Counted from the first letter of the stretch, positions 40,854 through 51,764 are shown. The stretch: DNA of 64,000 bases from Polaromonas sp. (GCA_025352405.1 JANXTM010000187.1:632-64631); one strand, 5' to 3'. Notes: a model not told the origin generated them from the sequence alone. Numbers and translations are program-made.

Positions 40854-42413
40854 ATGCTGCAAAAATTCTCGTTAAGCCGTCGCCATGCAGTCGCTTTGGC
40901 ACTGGTCATAGGAGGTTCAGTGGCGCTTCCCATGGCCGCCCAAGGGCAGGCGCTGTCCAAGTCAGCGCTCAATCTGGCCATGATTGCCGAGCCCTCGACG
41001 CTGGACCCCATGGCCTCAACGGCTGACCTGGTGGGGACCATCATGCAGCACGTGTATGAGCCGCTCTATACCTTTGACGCCAACTGGAAGATGATCCCCA
41101 TGCTGGCCGAAAGCCTGCCCAAAGTGTCGGCTGACGGCAAAAAATACAGCATTACCCTGCGCAAGGGCGTGATGCTGCACAACGGCCGCGAACTCAACGC
41201 TGACGACGTGGTTGCCAGCCTCAAGCGCTGGATGGAGGTGTCACCGCGCGGCAAGGCGCTGTCCAAAGAGGTAGTTGATCTATCAGCCAGTGGTGCCAGC
41301 GGCATTGAAATCACGCTCAAAGCACCGTACGCACCTTTGCTGCCGCAACTGGCGCTGCCTTCGGGCATGGCCGCCATCATGGCCAAGGAGTCGATTGCCA
41401 CACCGCTCAAGGAGTTTGTCGGCACCGGCCCCTACAAATTTAAGGAGCGCCGCCCTGACCAGTATGTGCTGTTAACCCGCTTTGACCAATATTCGGCCCG
41501 CAAAGAAGCGGCCAGCGGTTATGGCGGCAAAAAGGTGGCTATTGCTGATGAGCTGCGTTTTATTCCGGTGCCCAACGCCAACACGCGTGTTGAAGGCTCG
41601 CTGGCTGGCCAGTACCACTTTGCCGACTTGCTGCCCACCGAGGCCTTGAACCGGCTAGAAAAAGCGACAGGCAAGACCGTGCCCATCCTCACGCCTTCGT
41701 TTGGTTTTCCGTACTTTGTGTTCAATACCAAAGAAGGTGTGATGGCTTCGCTGCCTGTTCGCAAGGCGGTGCAGACCAGTTTTGGTGAGGGTGAAATGAT
41801 GGCCGCCGGCTTTGGCGACACGCGCTTTTTTACCGCCGAGGCGAATCATTTCCCCAAAGGCACACCGTTTTATTCAGCCGCAGGTTCGGCTTTTTACAAC
41901 GAGCGTGATGCCAACAAGGCCAAGGGGCAATCGGCAACGGCTGGCTACAAAGGTGAAACCATACGCATCCTGACCAGCCGCCAGTACGACTTTCACTACA
42001 ACATGGCGCTGATCATGGCCGAGCAGCTCAAACGCGCCGGCTTCAAGGCGGAGCTCAATGTAGTGGACTGGGCCACGCTGGTACAGCGCCGCAATGACTC
42101 TAAATTGTGGGACATCTACATCACGCATTCAGGCCAGTTCCCTGAACCCATGCTGTCGCCGCCACAACTGGGCGAGGGCGCTCCGGGCTGGTGGTCGTCA
42201 CCCGCCAAACAGGCCACATTGGCTGCACTGAACCAGGAAACCAACCCGGTCAAACGCGGCGCGCTGTGGGGTGCAGTACAGCAGGTGGTGTACGACGAAG
42301 TGCCCTACATCAATGTTGGAAAGTTCAACAGTCTGTCGGCCAAATCACCAGCGCTGCAGGGCTACACGCCGTCCACCTGGCCTTTCTTCTGGAACACAGG
42401 CCTCAAGAATTGA
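40854..42413 (+). CDS. ABC transporter solute-binding protein, family 5 (peptide/nickel type)
   Basis: TLDP, YEPLY, LRKGV..HNG, GTGPYK; signal peptide; AAGGA RBS. Confidence 0.92.
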   Translation: MLQKFSLSRRHAVALALVIGGSVALPMAAQGQALSKSALNLAMIAEPSTLDPMASTADLVGTIMQHVYEPLYTFDANWKMIPMLAESLPKVSADGKKYSITLRKGVMLHNGRELNADDVVASLKRWMEVSPRGKALSKEVVDLSASGASGIEITLKAPYAPLLPQLALPSGMAAIMAKESIATPLKEFVGTGPYKFKERRPDQYVLLTRFDQYSARKEAASGYGGKKVAIADELRFIPVPNANTRVEGSLAGQYHFADLLPTEALNRLEKATGKTVPILTPSFGFPYFVFNTKEGVMASLPVRKAVQTSFGEGEMMAAGFGDTRFFTAEANHFPKGTPFYSAAGSAFYNERDANKAKGQSATAGYKGETIRILTSRQYDFHYNMALIMAEQLKRAGFKAELNVVDWATLVQRRNDSKLWDIYITHSGQFPEPMLSPPQLGEGAPGWWSSPAKQATLAALNQETNPVKRGALWGAVQQVVYDEVPYINVGKFNSLSAKSPALQGYTPSTWPFFWNTGLKN

Positions 42414-42492
42414 CCCCCACGCTCCCCGCTTCGCGTGGTTCGCTGCGCCCCGAGGGGACCGCCCGCCTGCGGCCTGGCAAAACCGGTTCCGC
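42414..42492 (+). repeat. Second repeat family, copy B (uninterrupted), between binding protein and permease genes
   Basis: CCCCCACGCTCCCCGCTTCGCGTGGTTCGCTGCGCCCCGAGGGGACC...GCCTGCGGCCTGGCAAAACCGGTTCCGCG, immediately after the TGA. Confidence 0.8.
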
Positions 42493-42589
42493 GATTTGAC
42501 TGGGTTTTGCTTCGCTTCGCGTCAGACGCAGTAACGGTGGACTCTCAAATGAACAAGAAAAATTTTCAGCCAGTGAATAGATCAATGTC

Positions 42590-43531
42590 ATGACCCGCTT
42601 CCTGTTGTCACGCCTCATGGGCATGCTTGTTGTCATGGCGCTGGTGGCAGTGATTGTGTTTGTGCTGACGCGCGCCGCCTCGGGCGACCCGGTCACGGTG
42701 CTGCTGGGCGATCAGGCCACGGCAGAAGACATCGCCAGCGCACAAAAAATCTATGGCCTGGACAAACCGCTGCCAGTGCAGTTTGGCTATTGGCTCAAGG
42801 AGTTGTCGCAGGGCAACCTGGGCCAGTCCATCTTCTTGCAGCGGCCAGTCACCCAGGCATTGTGGGAGCGGGCTGAGCCCACAACTTTGCTGGCGCTGAT
42901 GGCAGTGTTTATTGCCGCCGCCATCGGTGTGCCTTGCGGCATTGTGTCGGCAGTGTTTCGCGGCAAGCTGATTGACCAGTTGCTGACGGGCTTTGCCATG
43001 CTGGGCGCGAGCATTCCAAGCTTCTGGTTCGGGCTGGTACTGATGCAGATTTTTGCAGTGTCGCTGGGCTGGTTTCCGGTGTCGGGTTATGGCGACCCAG
43101 GCGCGACATTGTCAGAACGCTTTCACTACCTGGTGTTGCCGTCTGTGGTGCTGGGCGTGCTCAATTCAGCGCTGATCATTCGCTTCACGCGCGCATCCAT
43201 GCTCGATGTGTTGGGCGAAGACTATGTACGCACCGCGCGTGCCAAGGGCTTAAGCGAACAAGTGGTGGTGCTCAAGCACGCGCTGCGCAATGCGCTGGTA
43301 CCCATCGTCACCGTGCTGGGCCTGACAGTCGCGCTGATGATTGGCGGTGCGGTGGTGACAGAAACCGTTTTTGGCCTGCCTGGCGTTGGCAATCTGGTGG
43401 TCAGCGCCGTGCTGCGGCGTGACTATCCGGTGATTCAGGGCGCGTTACTGGTGATCGCCATGATTTATGTCGTCATCAATTTTTTGACCGATCTGCTGTA
43501 CATGCTGGTTGACCCGCGAGTGAAATATTAA
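42590..43531 (+). CDS. ABC permease, DppB/OppB type
   Basis: GDP, YGLDKP, EDYVRTARAKG, RDYPVIQG. Confidence 0.95.
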   Translation: MTRFLLSRLMGMLVVMALVAVIVFVLTRAASGDPVTVLLGDQATAEDIASAQKIYGLDKPLPVQFGYWLKELSQGNLGQSIFLQRPVTQALWERAEPTTLLALMAVFIAAAIGVPCGIVSAVFRGKLIDQLLTGFAMLGASIPSFWFGLVLMQIFAVSLGWFPVSGYGDPGATLSERFHYLVLPSVVLGVLNSALIIRFTRASMLDVLGEDYVRTARAKGLSEQVVVLKHALRNALVPIVTVLGLTVALMIGGAVVTETVFGLPGVGNLVVSAVLRRDYPVIQGALLVIAMIYVVINFLTDLLYMLVDPRVKY

Positions 43532-43547
43532 TGGCAACAACCAGACC

Positions 43548-44387
43548 ATGAAAATCCCGCTTGTAATAAAAAAACTTTTTCGCCGCCGAATCGTGCTGGC
43601 TGCAGCTGTCTGCCTGCTGGCCGTGCTGGTTATGGCGCTGCTGGCTAACATCATCACCGGTTATGACCCCAATGAAACCGCCGTCAGCCAGCGCTTGGCT
43701 GTGCCCAGTGCCAGCCACCTGATGGGCACGGACGAGCTGGGCCGCGACCTGTTTGCGCGCATTGCCTTTGGCGGGCGCTACTCGCTCACGATTGCTGCAC
43801 TGACCGCCGTGGGAGCGATTGTGCTGGGCATGCTGTTCGGCCTGGTAGCCGGCTTTTTCAGGCGCCTGGATGCACCCATCAGCCGGCTGGTCGATGCCAT
43901 GATGTCGTTCCCCGACATTCTGCTGGCGATAGCGCTGGTGGCAATTCTCGGGCCGTCGATGCTCAACGTGGTGTTTGCGCTGGTGCTGGTGTACACGCCG
44001 CGCGTGGCGCGTGTGGTGCGCGCCTCGACCCTGGTGGTACGTGAGCTGCTGTTTGTGGAAGCGGCGCGTGCCGTCGGTGTATCAACTTCGCGCATTTTGT
44101 GGCGGCACATTCTGCCCAACCTGATGTCACCCATTCTGGTGCAGGCCTCGTTTATTTTTGCCTATGCGATTCTGGCCGAAGCTGCGCTGTCTTTTCTTGG
44201 TGTGGGGGTGCCGCCTGAAATTCCGACCTGGGGCACTATGGTCGCTGGCAGCCAGCAGTACGCGCATGACGCGCTGTGGATTGTGCTGTTCCCCGGCCTG
44301 GCCATTATCGTGACGGCGCTGTCTCTGCAACTGCTGGGCGACGGTGTGCGTGACCTGCTCGACCCACGGCTTAAAAAATCGATGTGA
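43548..44387 (+). CDS. ABC permease, DppC/OppC type
   Basis: GTDELGRD, EAARAVG, EAALSFLG, GDGVRD. Confidence 0.95.
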   Translation: MKIPLVIKKLFRRRIVLAAAVCLLAVLVMALLANIITGYDPNETAVSQRLAVPSASHLMGTDELGRDLFARIAFGGRYSLTIAALTAVGAIVLGMLFGLVAGFFRRLDAPISRLVDAMMSFPDILLAIALVAILGPSMLNVVFALVLVYTPRVARVVRASTLVVRELLFVEAARAVGVSTSRILWRHILPNLMSPILVQASFIFAYAILAEAALSFLGVGVPPEIPTWGTMVAGSQQYAHDALWIVLFPGLAIIVTALSLQLLGDGVRDLLDPRLKKSM

Positions 44388-45466
44388 ATGAAAGTCAGTT
44401 CATGAGTTCACCCCAAATAGCTGCGCGGCTTGACGTGCGCCACCTCAGTACTTTTTTCAATACCGACGATGGGTTGATCCGCTCTGTCGCCGATGTCAGC
44501 TTCAGCATCCAGCCCGGCAAAACGACCGCACTGGTGGGTGAGTCTGGCTCCGGCAAATCAGTCACCAGCCTCACCCTGATGCGTTTGCTGGCGCGTACCG
44601 ATTCAACTCAGGTCAGCGGCCAGGCCCTGTTTACCAACCGTGCCGGTCAAACGCTGGACTTGCTGGCGCTGCCCGAGCCCGACATGCGGCGCATTCGCGG
44701 CAATGAAATCGCCATGATTTTTCAGGAACCCATGACTAGCCTGAACCCGGTGTTTACTGTTGGTGAGCAGATTGCCGAGTCGGTACGCCTGCATAGGGGG
44801 CTGGACCGAACGGCCGCGCTGGCCCACGCCCAGCGCATGCTAGAACTGGTCGAGATTCCGGCGGCTGCACAGCGCCTGCACGAGTACCCGCACCAGCTGT
44901 CAGGCGGCATGCGTCAGCGCGTGATGATCGCGCTGGCCATGGCCTGCAACCCCACACTGCTGATTGCCGACGAGCCCACCACCGCGCTGGACGTGACGAT
45001 TCAAGCGCAGATTCTTGAGCTCATGCGCCGTTTGCAAACAGAGACCGGCATGAGCATTCTGTTTATCACCCACAACCTCGGTGTGGTGGCGCATCACGCA
45101 GACGATGTGGCTGTGATGTATGCCGGACGCATTGTTGAATCAGCCCCGGTGCGCGAGCTGTTTGCGACCCCGCGCCATCCCTATACCCAGGGCCTGCTGG
45201 CCTGCCTGCCCGCGCAGCAGCGCAAGCGCGAACTTGCCAGCGGCCAGACCGGTGCCAAACGCAGGCTTTATGCGATTCGCGGCCAGGTGTCGAGCCCGCT
45301 GTCGCCACCGCCGGGCTGCGCCTTCGAGCCGCGCTGCGACCTCGCCATACCGGCCTGTCGCGACGCGATACCGGAATTGCTGCCTGCTGGACCCACACGC
45401 TCGGCGCGCTGCATCCGAGTGGCGGATACAGCCGTGACCAGCGTTGAAATGGCGGAGGCCGCATGA
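44384..45466 (+). CDS. ABC ATPase, DppD/OppD type
   Basis: [32 protein letters not shown]-terminal C.F.PRC. Confidence 0.95.
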   Translation: MNESQFMSSPQIAARLDVRHLSTFFNTDDGLIRSVADVSFSIQPGKTTALVGESGSGKSVTSLTLMRLLARTDSTQVSGQALFTNRAGQTLDLLALPEPDMRRIRGNEIAMIFQEPMTSLNPVFTVGEQIAESVRLHRGLDRTAALAHAQRMLELVEIPAAAQRLHEYPHQLSGGMRQRVMIALAMACNPTLLIADEPTTALDVTIQAQILELMRRLQTETGMSILFITHNLGVVAHHADDVAVMYAGRIVESAPVRELFATPRHPYTQGLLACLPAQQRKRELASGQTGAKRRLYAIRGQVSSPLSPPPGCAFEPRCDLAIPACRDAIPELLPAGPTRSARCIRVADTAVTSVEMAEAA

Positions 45467-46434
45467 GCGCACCCCTGATTGAGGTTAAAAACCTCAAACG
45501 TTATTTCGGCGATGGCGCCAAACCTGTCCGCGCAGTGGACGACGTGTCCTTCAGTATCCAGCCCGGCGAGACACTGGGCCTGGTGGGGGAATCCGGTTCG
45601 GGCAAAAGCACCATTGGTCGCACCTTGCTGCGCCTGGTTGAGGCGACCGATGGTCAGGTGTTGTACCGCGGGGAGGACCTGGGAACGGCATCCAGCAGCC
45701 GCATGCGTTCATTGCGCAGCAAGCTGCAGATGATCTTTCAGGACCCGTACGCCAGCTTGAACCCCAAGATGCGTGTGCGTGACACCCTCGGCGAGGCGCT
45801 GGAAGTGCATGGGCTACATAAAGGCAAGGCCGCACGCGACGAACGCATTACCGAACTGCTGGCGCTGGTCGGCCTGCGCGCCGAACACGCCAGCCGCTAC
45901 CCGCATGAATTTTCGGGTGGTCAGCGCCAGCGCATCGGTGTGGCGCGTGCGCTCGCCGTCGAGCCTGAATTTATCGTCGCCGACGAGCCGCTATCGGCAC
46001 TGGATGTGTCGATTCAGGCACAGGTCGTCAACCTGCTGTGCGACCTGCGCGACCAGTTGTCACTGACCATGCTGTTTATCTCGCATGACCTCGACGTGGT
46101 TGAATATTTATGCGACCGCGTGGTGGTGCTTTACCTCGGCCGCGTGATGGAGGTAGCGCCCACTGCGCTGTTGTTTGAAGCGCCCCTGCATCCCTACACC
46201 CAGGCCTTGCTGGCGGCCTCACCCAAACCGGACCCGGAGAACAAGCGGGAATATATCGCACTGAAAGGCGACATTCCCAGCCCGGTCAACCCGCCGTCGG
46301 GTTGTGTCTTTCGTACCCGTTGCCCGTATGCGATCGAGGCTTGTTCGACCCGGCGGCCAGAATTGCGCGACATGGGCCAGGGCCGTTTCAAGGCCTGCAT
46401 CCGCGACGACATTGCATCGGCAGAAGCCGTCTGA
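45463..46434 (+). CDS. ABC ATPase, DppF/OppF type
   Basis: [36 protein letters not shown]. Confidence 0.95.
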   Translation: MSAPLIEVKNLKRYFGDGAKPVRAVDDVSFSIQPGETLGLVGESGSGKSTIGRTLLRLVEATDGQVLYRGEDLGTASSSRMRSLRSKLQMIFQDPYASLNPKMRVRDTLGEALEVHGLHKGKAARDERITELLALVGLRAEHASRYPHEFSGGQRQRIGVARALAVEPEFIVADEPLSALDVSIQAQVVNLLCDLRDQLSLTMLFISHDLDVVEYLCDRVVVLYLGRVMEVAPTALLFEAPLHPYTQALLAASPKPDPENKREYIALKGDIPSPVNPPSGCVFRTRCPYAIEACSTRRPELRDMGQGRFKACIRDDIASAEAV

Positions 46435-46467
46435 AACCCATCTGAAAACCGAAAACAATTGCCCTCC

Positions 46468-47760
46468 ATGACTACCTTGAAAGACCTCCTCGATCCCCAG
46501 CTTGACCGCAGCTATAAGGGCTTTCCGCACACCAGCGGGCCGCTGCGCCGCTCGGAGATCGCGGCGCAACACTGGAACGTTCTCAAGGGGGATATGCCGC
46601 TGCCGCTGGCTGTCGTCAAGCAAAACGCGCTGCAACACAACCTGGGCTGGATGCAACGCTTTGCCACCAGCCAGAACATCGACATGGCACCGCATGGCAA
46701 GACCACCATGTCGCCGCAACTCCTTAAACGCCAGCTCGATGAAGGTGCGTGGGGCCTGACCTTTGCCAATGTGGCGCAAATGCGTGCGGGCATTACCGCC
46801 GGTGCCCAGCGCCTAATGATCGCCAACCAGGTTGTCAATGCCATCGACCTAGCAGGCATAAAGGGCATGCTGCGCGAGTATCCCGGTTTGCGGATTGTTT
46901 TTCTGGTGGACTCACTGGCGCAATTGGCGCTAATCGAGGCCTGGATGCTGGGCCACACCGCCGCCATCATGTCGCCCTTTGAGGTGTTGATGGAGATCGG
47001 CGTCATGGGCGCGCGCACAGGTGTGCGCAACGACGCCGACGCGTTGGCACTGGCCGCAGCCCTGCATGCCAGTCCAGCCTGTCAGCTGGTGGGAATCGAA
47101 ACCTATGAAGGTCAAGGCGCCACCGGCGACTCCGCAGCCGACAAGGCCTATGCCGACACCCTGATGCAGCGCGTTTGCGGCATCGCATTGGCGTGTGACC
47201 AGCAAGGCCTGTTTGATGGCGATGAAATCCTCATGACGGCTGGTGGCTCGGGCATCTTCGACCTGGTCAGCGGCTGGCTGAAGCCCAAACTGTCCCGCCC
47301 GGTGCGTGGCCTGCTTCGCTCAGGCTGCTACGTCACGCACGACCACGGCAACTACAAGCGACTGGTCGGCTCTGTCAATGCGCGCCTGCATGACAGCGAT
47401 GGCCTGAAACCTGCCATTGAGGTCTGGGCCACGGTGCAATCCTGCCCCGAACCAGGTCTGGCCATCCTCGCTGTCGGACGGCGTGACCTCTCCTATGACC
47501 TGGAGCTGCCGATCCCGTTGTCGTCAGTCACTGCGCCCGGTGCCGCGCCGGTGGCCGCGCCTGCTGACTGGAAAATCAGCGCCCTCAACGACCAGCACGC
47601 CTATCTGCGCGGCACAGGCCCTGAACATGCCGCACTGGCTGTAGGCGACCTGGTGGCTCTCGGCATTTCGCACCCTTGTACTACTTTTGACAAATGGCGC
47701 TGGATGCCGGTTGTGGACGACAACTACACCGTGTGCGATGCCCTTGTGACCTGTTTTTAA
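46468..47760 (+). CDS. Fold-type III PLP enzyme, D-serine dehydratase/amino(sugar)-acid deaminase-like
   Basis: PLP-Lys in APHGKTTMSPQL, RSGCYV.HD, C-terminal Zn-site-like SHPCTTFDKW. Confidence 0.85.
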   Translation: MTTLKDLLDPQLDRSYKGFPHTSGPLRRSEIAAQHWNVLKGDMPLPLAVVKQNALQHNLGWMQRFATSQNIDMAPHGKTTMSPQLLKRQLDEGAWGLTFANVAQMRAGITAGAQRLMIANQVVNAIDLAGIKGMLREYPGLRIVFLVDSLAQLALIEAWMLGHTAAIMSPFEVLMEIGVMGARTGVRNDADALALAAALHASPACQLVGIETYEGQGATGDSAADKAYADTLMQRVCGIALACDQQGLFDGDEILMTAGGSGIFDLVSGWLKPKLSRPVRGLLRSGCYVTHDHGNYKRLVGSVNARLHDSDGLKPAIEVWATVQSCPEPGLAILAVGRRDLSYDLELPIPLSSVTAPGAAPVAAPADWKISALNDQHAYLRGTGPEHAALAVGDLVALGISHPCTTFDKWRWMPVVDDNYTVCDALVTCF

Positions 47761-47767
47761 TCGTCTC

Positions 47768-48679
47768 ATGACCTCAAAAGTTCTTGCCAAAATTTCCGAC
47801 GCCATTACCAGCGCGCCGACTTCCAGGCGTGGCGTGCTGGCGCTTATCCTGCAAGACCCGCAGCGGGTGCTTGACGAAAGTTTTGAACAACTCGCGCAGC
47901 GCGCAGGCAGCTCGGTGCCCACGGTTATGCGTACCTGCCGTGACCTAGGTTACTCTGGTCTGCGTGAATTCAAGATGGCGCTGGCGCAGGAAATGGCTAT
48001 CAGCGGCTCACCCCTGCATCGCCGGGTACAGCTGCATGACAGCACTGAAGATGTGATCGCCAAAGTGATACGGGGTGCTGCCACTGCCGTCAATGGCGTG
48101 CAGGGCCAGCTGGGTGTTTCGGCGGTAGAAGCCGCAGCTGATGCCATCGTGCGCGCCAGCCGTGTGGACTGCTACAGCGTGGGCGTGACGTCCAGCTTTA
48201 TGGCGTCTGACATGCAGGCCAGGCTGTTTCGACTCGGGCTGGTGTCCAACGCTTATCTTGACATTCATTTGCAACTGGTATCGGCCGCAACCATAGGCAA
48301 CAGTGGTGTGGTGTTTGCCATCTCGCACGTGGGCGGCATGCCTTCGCTTATTGAAGCGGTAGACGTGGCGCGCTCGCAAGGGGCCACTGTGATTGCGCTG
48401 ACCCAGCAGGGCACTGCACTAGCCGACCACGCAGACATCGTGCTGGGTATTCATGTGCCCGAAGACCCGGTCATGCACGTTGGCACCGAGGCTTATCTGG
48501 TGCACCTGACCGTGATTGAAATCGTCACCGTGCTGGTGGCGCAGCGCCTCGGTGATCTGGCTGTCAAGCGCTTGGGCGGCGTGCGCGAGGTGCTCAGCAC
48601 CCGTGGTGTGGACATGCGGCACTACCCCAAGCTTGATTGGGATACGGCGCAGGCCATCAATGAAAGTAAACTCAAATGA
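47768..48679 (+). CDS. MurR/RpiR family regulator (HTH + SIS)
   Basis: LAQRAGSSVPTVMRTCRDLGYSG..EFK HTH; SIS domain. Confidence 0.9.
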   Translation: MTSKVLAKISDAITSAPTSRRGVLALILQDPQRVLDESFEQLAQRAGSSVPTVMRTCRDLGYSGLREFKMALAQEMAISGSPLHRRVQLHDSTEDVIAKVIRGAATAVNGVQGQLGVSAVEAAADAIVRASRVDCYSVGVTSSFMASDMQARLFRLGLVSNAYLDIHLQLVSAATIGNSGVVFAISHVGGMPSLIEAVDVARSQGATVIALTQQGTALADHADIVLGIHVPEDPVMHVGTEAYLVHLTVIEIVTVLVAQRLGDLAVKRLGGVREVLSTRGVDMRHYPKLDWDTAQAINESKLK

Positions 48680-50139
48680 CGCGTGCGACGCTGCTTGAAA
48701 ACGGGCTGGTGATTGATGGCACAGGCGCAGACGGCTGGCTCGGCGATGTACTGCTGGCCGATGGCCTGATTGCTGCGATTGGTCAAAACCTGCGCAACCA
48801 GCTACCAGCCAGCATTGGGCCGGACGACATCACCGTTGTGGACTGTACCGGCCTGGCCATCACGCCGGGCTTTATTGATGTGCATACCCATGACGACGCA
48901 ATCGTGCTCAGACACCCCGACATGCTGCCCAAAGTGTCGCAGGGCATTACCACCGTTATTGCCGGCAACTGCGGCATATCGCTGCTGCCATTGGTAGTTG
49001 AAAAGCCCGAACCACCGCTTAATTTGCTGGGCAACGATTCATTCCAGTTTGACACTGTTGAGGGATATGAAACCGCACTTGCCGAAGCCCGACCCGCCGT
49101 GAATGTGGCGGTACTGATTGGCCACACCACCTTGCGTTTTGCCTGCATGGGCGATTTGAGCCGTGCGGCCAGCGCAGACGAACTCGATGCTATGTGCGCG
49201 CTGCTTGCGCAGTGTATGCAGGGCGGTGCTGCGGGCATGTCGTCAGGTCTTTTTTACGAACCTGCGTTTGCAGCTCCGGCTGAAGAAGTTGTTCGCCTGG
49301 CAAAAGTTGTAGCCCGCTATGGCGGCGTCTACAGCACCCATTTGCGCGACGAAATGGCCAGCATTATTGAGGCGCTGCATGAAGCCGGTGAGACCGCTTT
49401 CAGCGCAGGCGTACCGCTGATCGTGTCGCATCACAAATGCGCCGGGACGGCCAATTGGGGCCGCACACTTGAAACCCTGCCGGTGATCGAGGCAATGGCG
49501 CGTCGCCAGCCCGTGGCGATGGATGTTTACCCCTACGTAGCGGGCTCGACCGTGCTCCGTGAAGACCTGGTTGACGGCGTGATTGACGTGCTGGTCAGCT
49601 GGTCTACCCCGCACCCAGAAATGACGGGCCGTACTCTGGTGTCGATTGCCGCTGAATGGGGCATTGACCAAAAGGCCGCGTGCCGCCGCCTGCAACCCGG
49701 CGGCGCGTGCTACTTCCAGATGCACGAGGATGACGTCAAACGTGTCATCGCGCACCCTCTGAGCATGATTGGCTCTGACGGCCTGCCGCACGACCAGCAC
49801 CCGCACCCCCGGTTGTGGGGGGCTTTTCCGCGAGTTCTGGCGCGCTACTGGCGCGAGCAAAAACTTTTTTCACTTGAAACGGCCGTCTACAAGATGACGG
49901 GCTTGTCGGCACGCAATTTCCGGCTGCACCAGCGCGGTCAACTGCAGGTAGGCTGGCATGCCGATGTGGTGGTGCTGGACCCGGCCCGGGTACGTGATGT
50001 CGCGAGTTATGAAAACCCGATTGCACTGTCGGTTGGTATTGAGAAAGTTTTTGTTAACGGTGCGCTTGCCTATGTGGGCGACGGCCTGATCACCGCACGT
50101 GCGGGGCGGCTGCTCAAGCGACACGCGCCGCAGCCCTGA
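48676..50139 (+). CDS. N-acyl-D-amino-acid deacylase (D-aminoacylase family)
   Basis: PGFIDVHTHDD, GNCG, YSTHLRDE, SHHK, GSDG, HPR..GAFPR. Confidence 0.92.
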   Translation: MTRATLLENGLVIDGTGADGWLGDVLLADGLIAAIGQNLRNQLPASIGPDDITVVDCTGLAITPGFIDVHTHDDAIVLRHPDMLPKVSQGITTVIAGNCGISLLPLVVEKPEPPLNLLGNDSFQFDTVEGYETALAEARPAVNVAVLIGHTTLRFACMGDLSRAASADELDAMCALLAQCMQGGAAGMSSGLFYEPAFAAPAEEVVRLAKVVARYGGVYSTHLRDEMASIIEALHEAGETAFSAGVPLIVSHHKCAGTANWGRTLETLPVIEAMARRQPVAMDVYPYVAGSTVLREDLVDGVIDVLVSWSTPHPEMTGRTLVSIAAEWGIDQKAACRRLQPGGACYFQMHEDDVKRVIAHPLSMIGSDGLPHDQHPHPRLWGAFPRVLARYWREQKLFSLETAVYKMTGLSARNFRLHQRGQLQVGWHADVVVLDPARVRDVASYENPIALSVGIEKVFVNGALAYVGDGLITARAGRLLKRHAPQP

Positions 50140-50289
50140 CATGGCCTTTTCGAGAGGGGCTTAATCTTGAATAAATTTCACACACGCACTATTGATGAGT
50201 GGATATAAATAAGCAGATGGACACATGGGCAGATAAGCGCTTGCCTCATCGCCCCATTCCCTGATTTTCTTTACTAAAACGCGGCGGCT

Positions 50290-51717
50290 TCAGTCAGCGA
50301 CGCGTTCACACTTGCTTTTACTGCCCAGAATATTGCAGCGCAAAACAGCCCCGCCTGCAATGTTGTACTCCGTCAACAGCCATCGGGCCGACGCCTCCGG
50401 ACCAATCCTGTCAAGTGTCGCAAAGCCATAGTCAGACCTCGCGGCGTAGTCTTCGACGACTGCACCCGGATAGGGCTGCATATCTGGCGGCAGACTCAAA
50501 GGAATTTTCCCCTCATTCGCTGATCCGGAATTACCCAAAACCAGTGTGGCCGGATGGGCTGTTTTAAAACTAATGGCCTCGAAAAAATGGATGTGACCGT
50601 GCAGCGTGACATTTACATTGTCAGGAAAGAGTCGTTTGGGATGCAGGGTTTCGAACACCGACTGCAAACCCGCGTTACCGCCTGGTCTAGCCGGCTTCGA
50701 CTTGGCCGCTGGGGCGAAGGCCAGCAGCGGGTGGTGGCTCATGAAAAAGCTGTGCGGTTTGAGGGCTGTCAACTGGTCTACTGCCAGCATTTGCGTCTTG
50801 TATTTGCCGTACGCGTGGTCTTTGAAAGAAAACGGCTTGCCACTGGTTTTTGACGAATCAAAAACAACGAACTGGGTATCCGGGCCAATCGCAACAGAAT
50901 ACGGGTCAGAGTAATCTGCATCTTGATCGAATTTGGGGTCGTTGCACGAACGGGCTTCACTCCAGGGCTGCCGGTCCATGAAGCGGAACCAGCCTTGTCC
51001 GGCGCGAGCGCAAGATTCGTGATTGCCACGCACAAATACCCAGGGGGCGGCCGTAAGCAAAGGCCGAGCCGGATTGAAAAAGTCAGCCTTCCAAGCATCG
51101 TAACCATAGCCCCACGGGCTGCCAACGCAGCCGGCCTCCCCTTGAGGGCATGGGCTTTCCCGGTAATGCATGTCGCCGATATGAATCACCAAATCCGGCT
51201 TCAGAGCGGCGGCACTCTGCGCGATTTTGGCAAATGGCCACTGCTCCACATCGTTGCAGAGTTGAAACGCATTTTCTGAAGCTTTCATGCGGCACCCGGT
51301 ATCCGCAATGATGACGATGCGGCGTATGTCAGCCTTGGGTGCCGGTACTTCGCGACCTGCAACACGTGCCTTGAGCACACCAGCGGGCCACGTGGCCTCA
51401 CAGGTCAACACATCAAACAGTGCCTCTTTTTTGTCCACCTGAGCACCAACGGATCTCACCGCCATCGCGCCTGGTGCAGCCCGAACAGACATGGCTTGAG
51501 CGGGGTGGGCGTCCCACGCAATATCCGGACAGCTTGCCGAACGGGTTAATGCCCTGACGATAGCGCGTTGACCTTCAGCCTGTACTGTGTAGACACTTTC
51601 AATCTCGCCTGCAGGAGCGGCGGCGACAAACAAAGCCGGTACGCTGGAACAGGCGGCCAGGGCCAACGTTGTCAGCAGGGCAGTCGTTGAAAACCAAAGA
51701 CGTGGACTTTTAAACAT
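50290..51717 (-). CDS. Calcineurin-like metallophosphoesterase lipoprotein
   Basis: Lipobox LAAC; DTG, GDMHY, GNHE, HHP, GHIH motifs. Confidence 0.85.
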   Translation of the reverse strand: MFKSPRLWFSTTALLTTLALAACSSVPALFVAAAPAGEIESVYTVQAEGQRAIVRALTRSASCPDIAWDAHPAQAMSVRAAPGAMAVRSVGAQVDKKEALFDVLTCEATWPAGVLKARVAGREVPAPKADIRRIVIIADTGCRMKASENAFQLCNDVEQWPFAKIAQSAAALKPDLVIHIGDMHYRESPCPQGEAGCVGSPWGYGYDAWKADFFNPARPLLTAAPWVFVRGNHESCARAGQGWFRFMDRQPWSEARSCNDPKFDQDADYSDPYSVAIGPDTQFVVFDSSKTSGKPFSFKDHAYGKYKTQMLAVDQLTALKPHSFFMSHHPLLAFAPAAKSKPARPGGNAGLQSVFETLHPKRLFPDNVNVTLHGHIHFFEAISFKTAHPATLVLGNSGSANEGKIPLSLPPDMQPYPGAVVEDYAARSDYGFATLDRIGPEASARWLLTEYNIAGGAVLRCNILGSKSKCERVAD

Positions 51718-51764
51718 GAGATTGTTTGTGCTTGATAGCGTTATTGATAATGATTCTAGAGCGC

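Noticed and set aside
51734-51764. Fur box between tonB and the metallophosphatase
   Set aside because: Best alignments give only 10-12 of 19 matches, in AT-rich DNA at the wrong end of the operon
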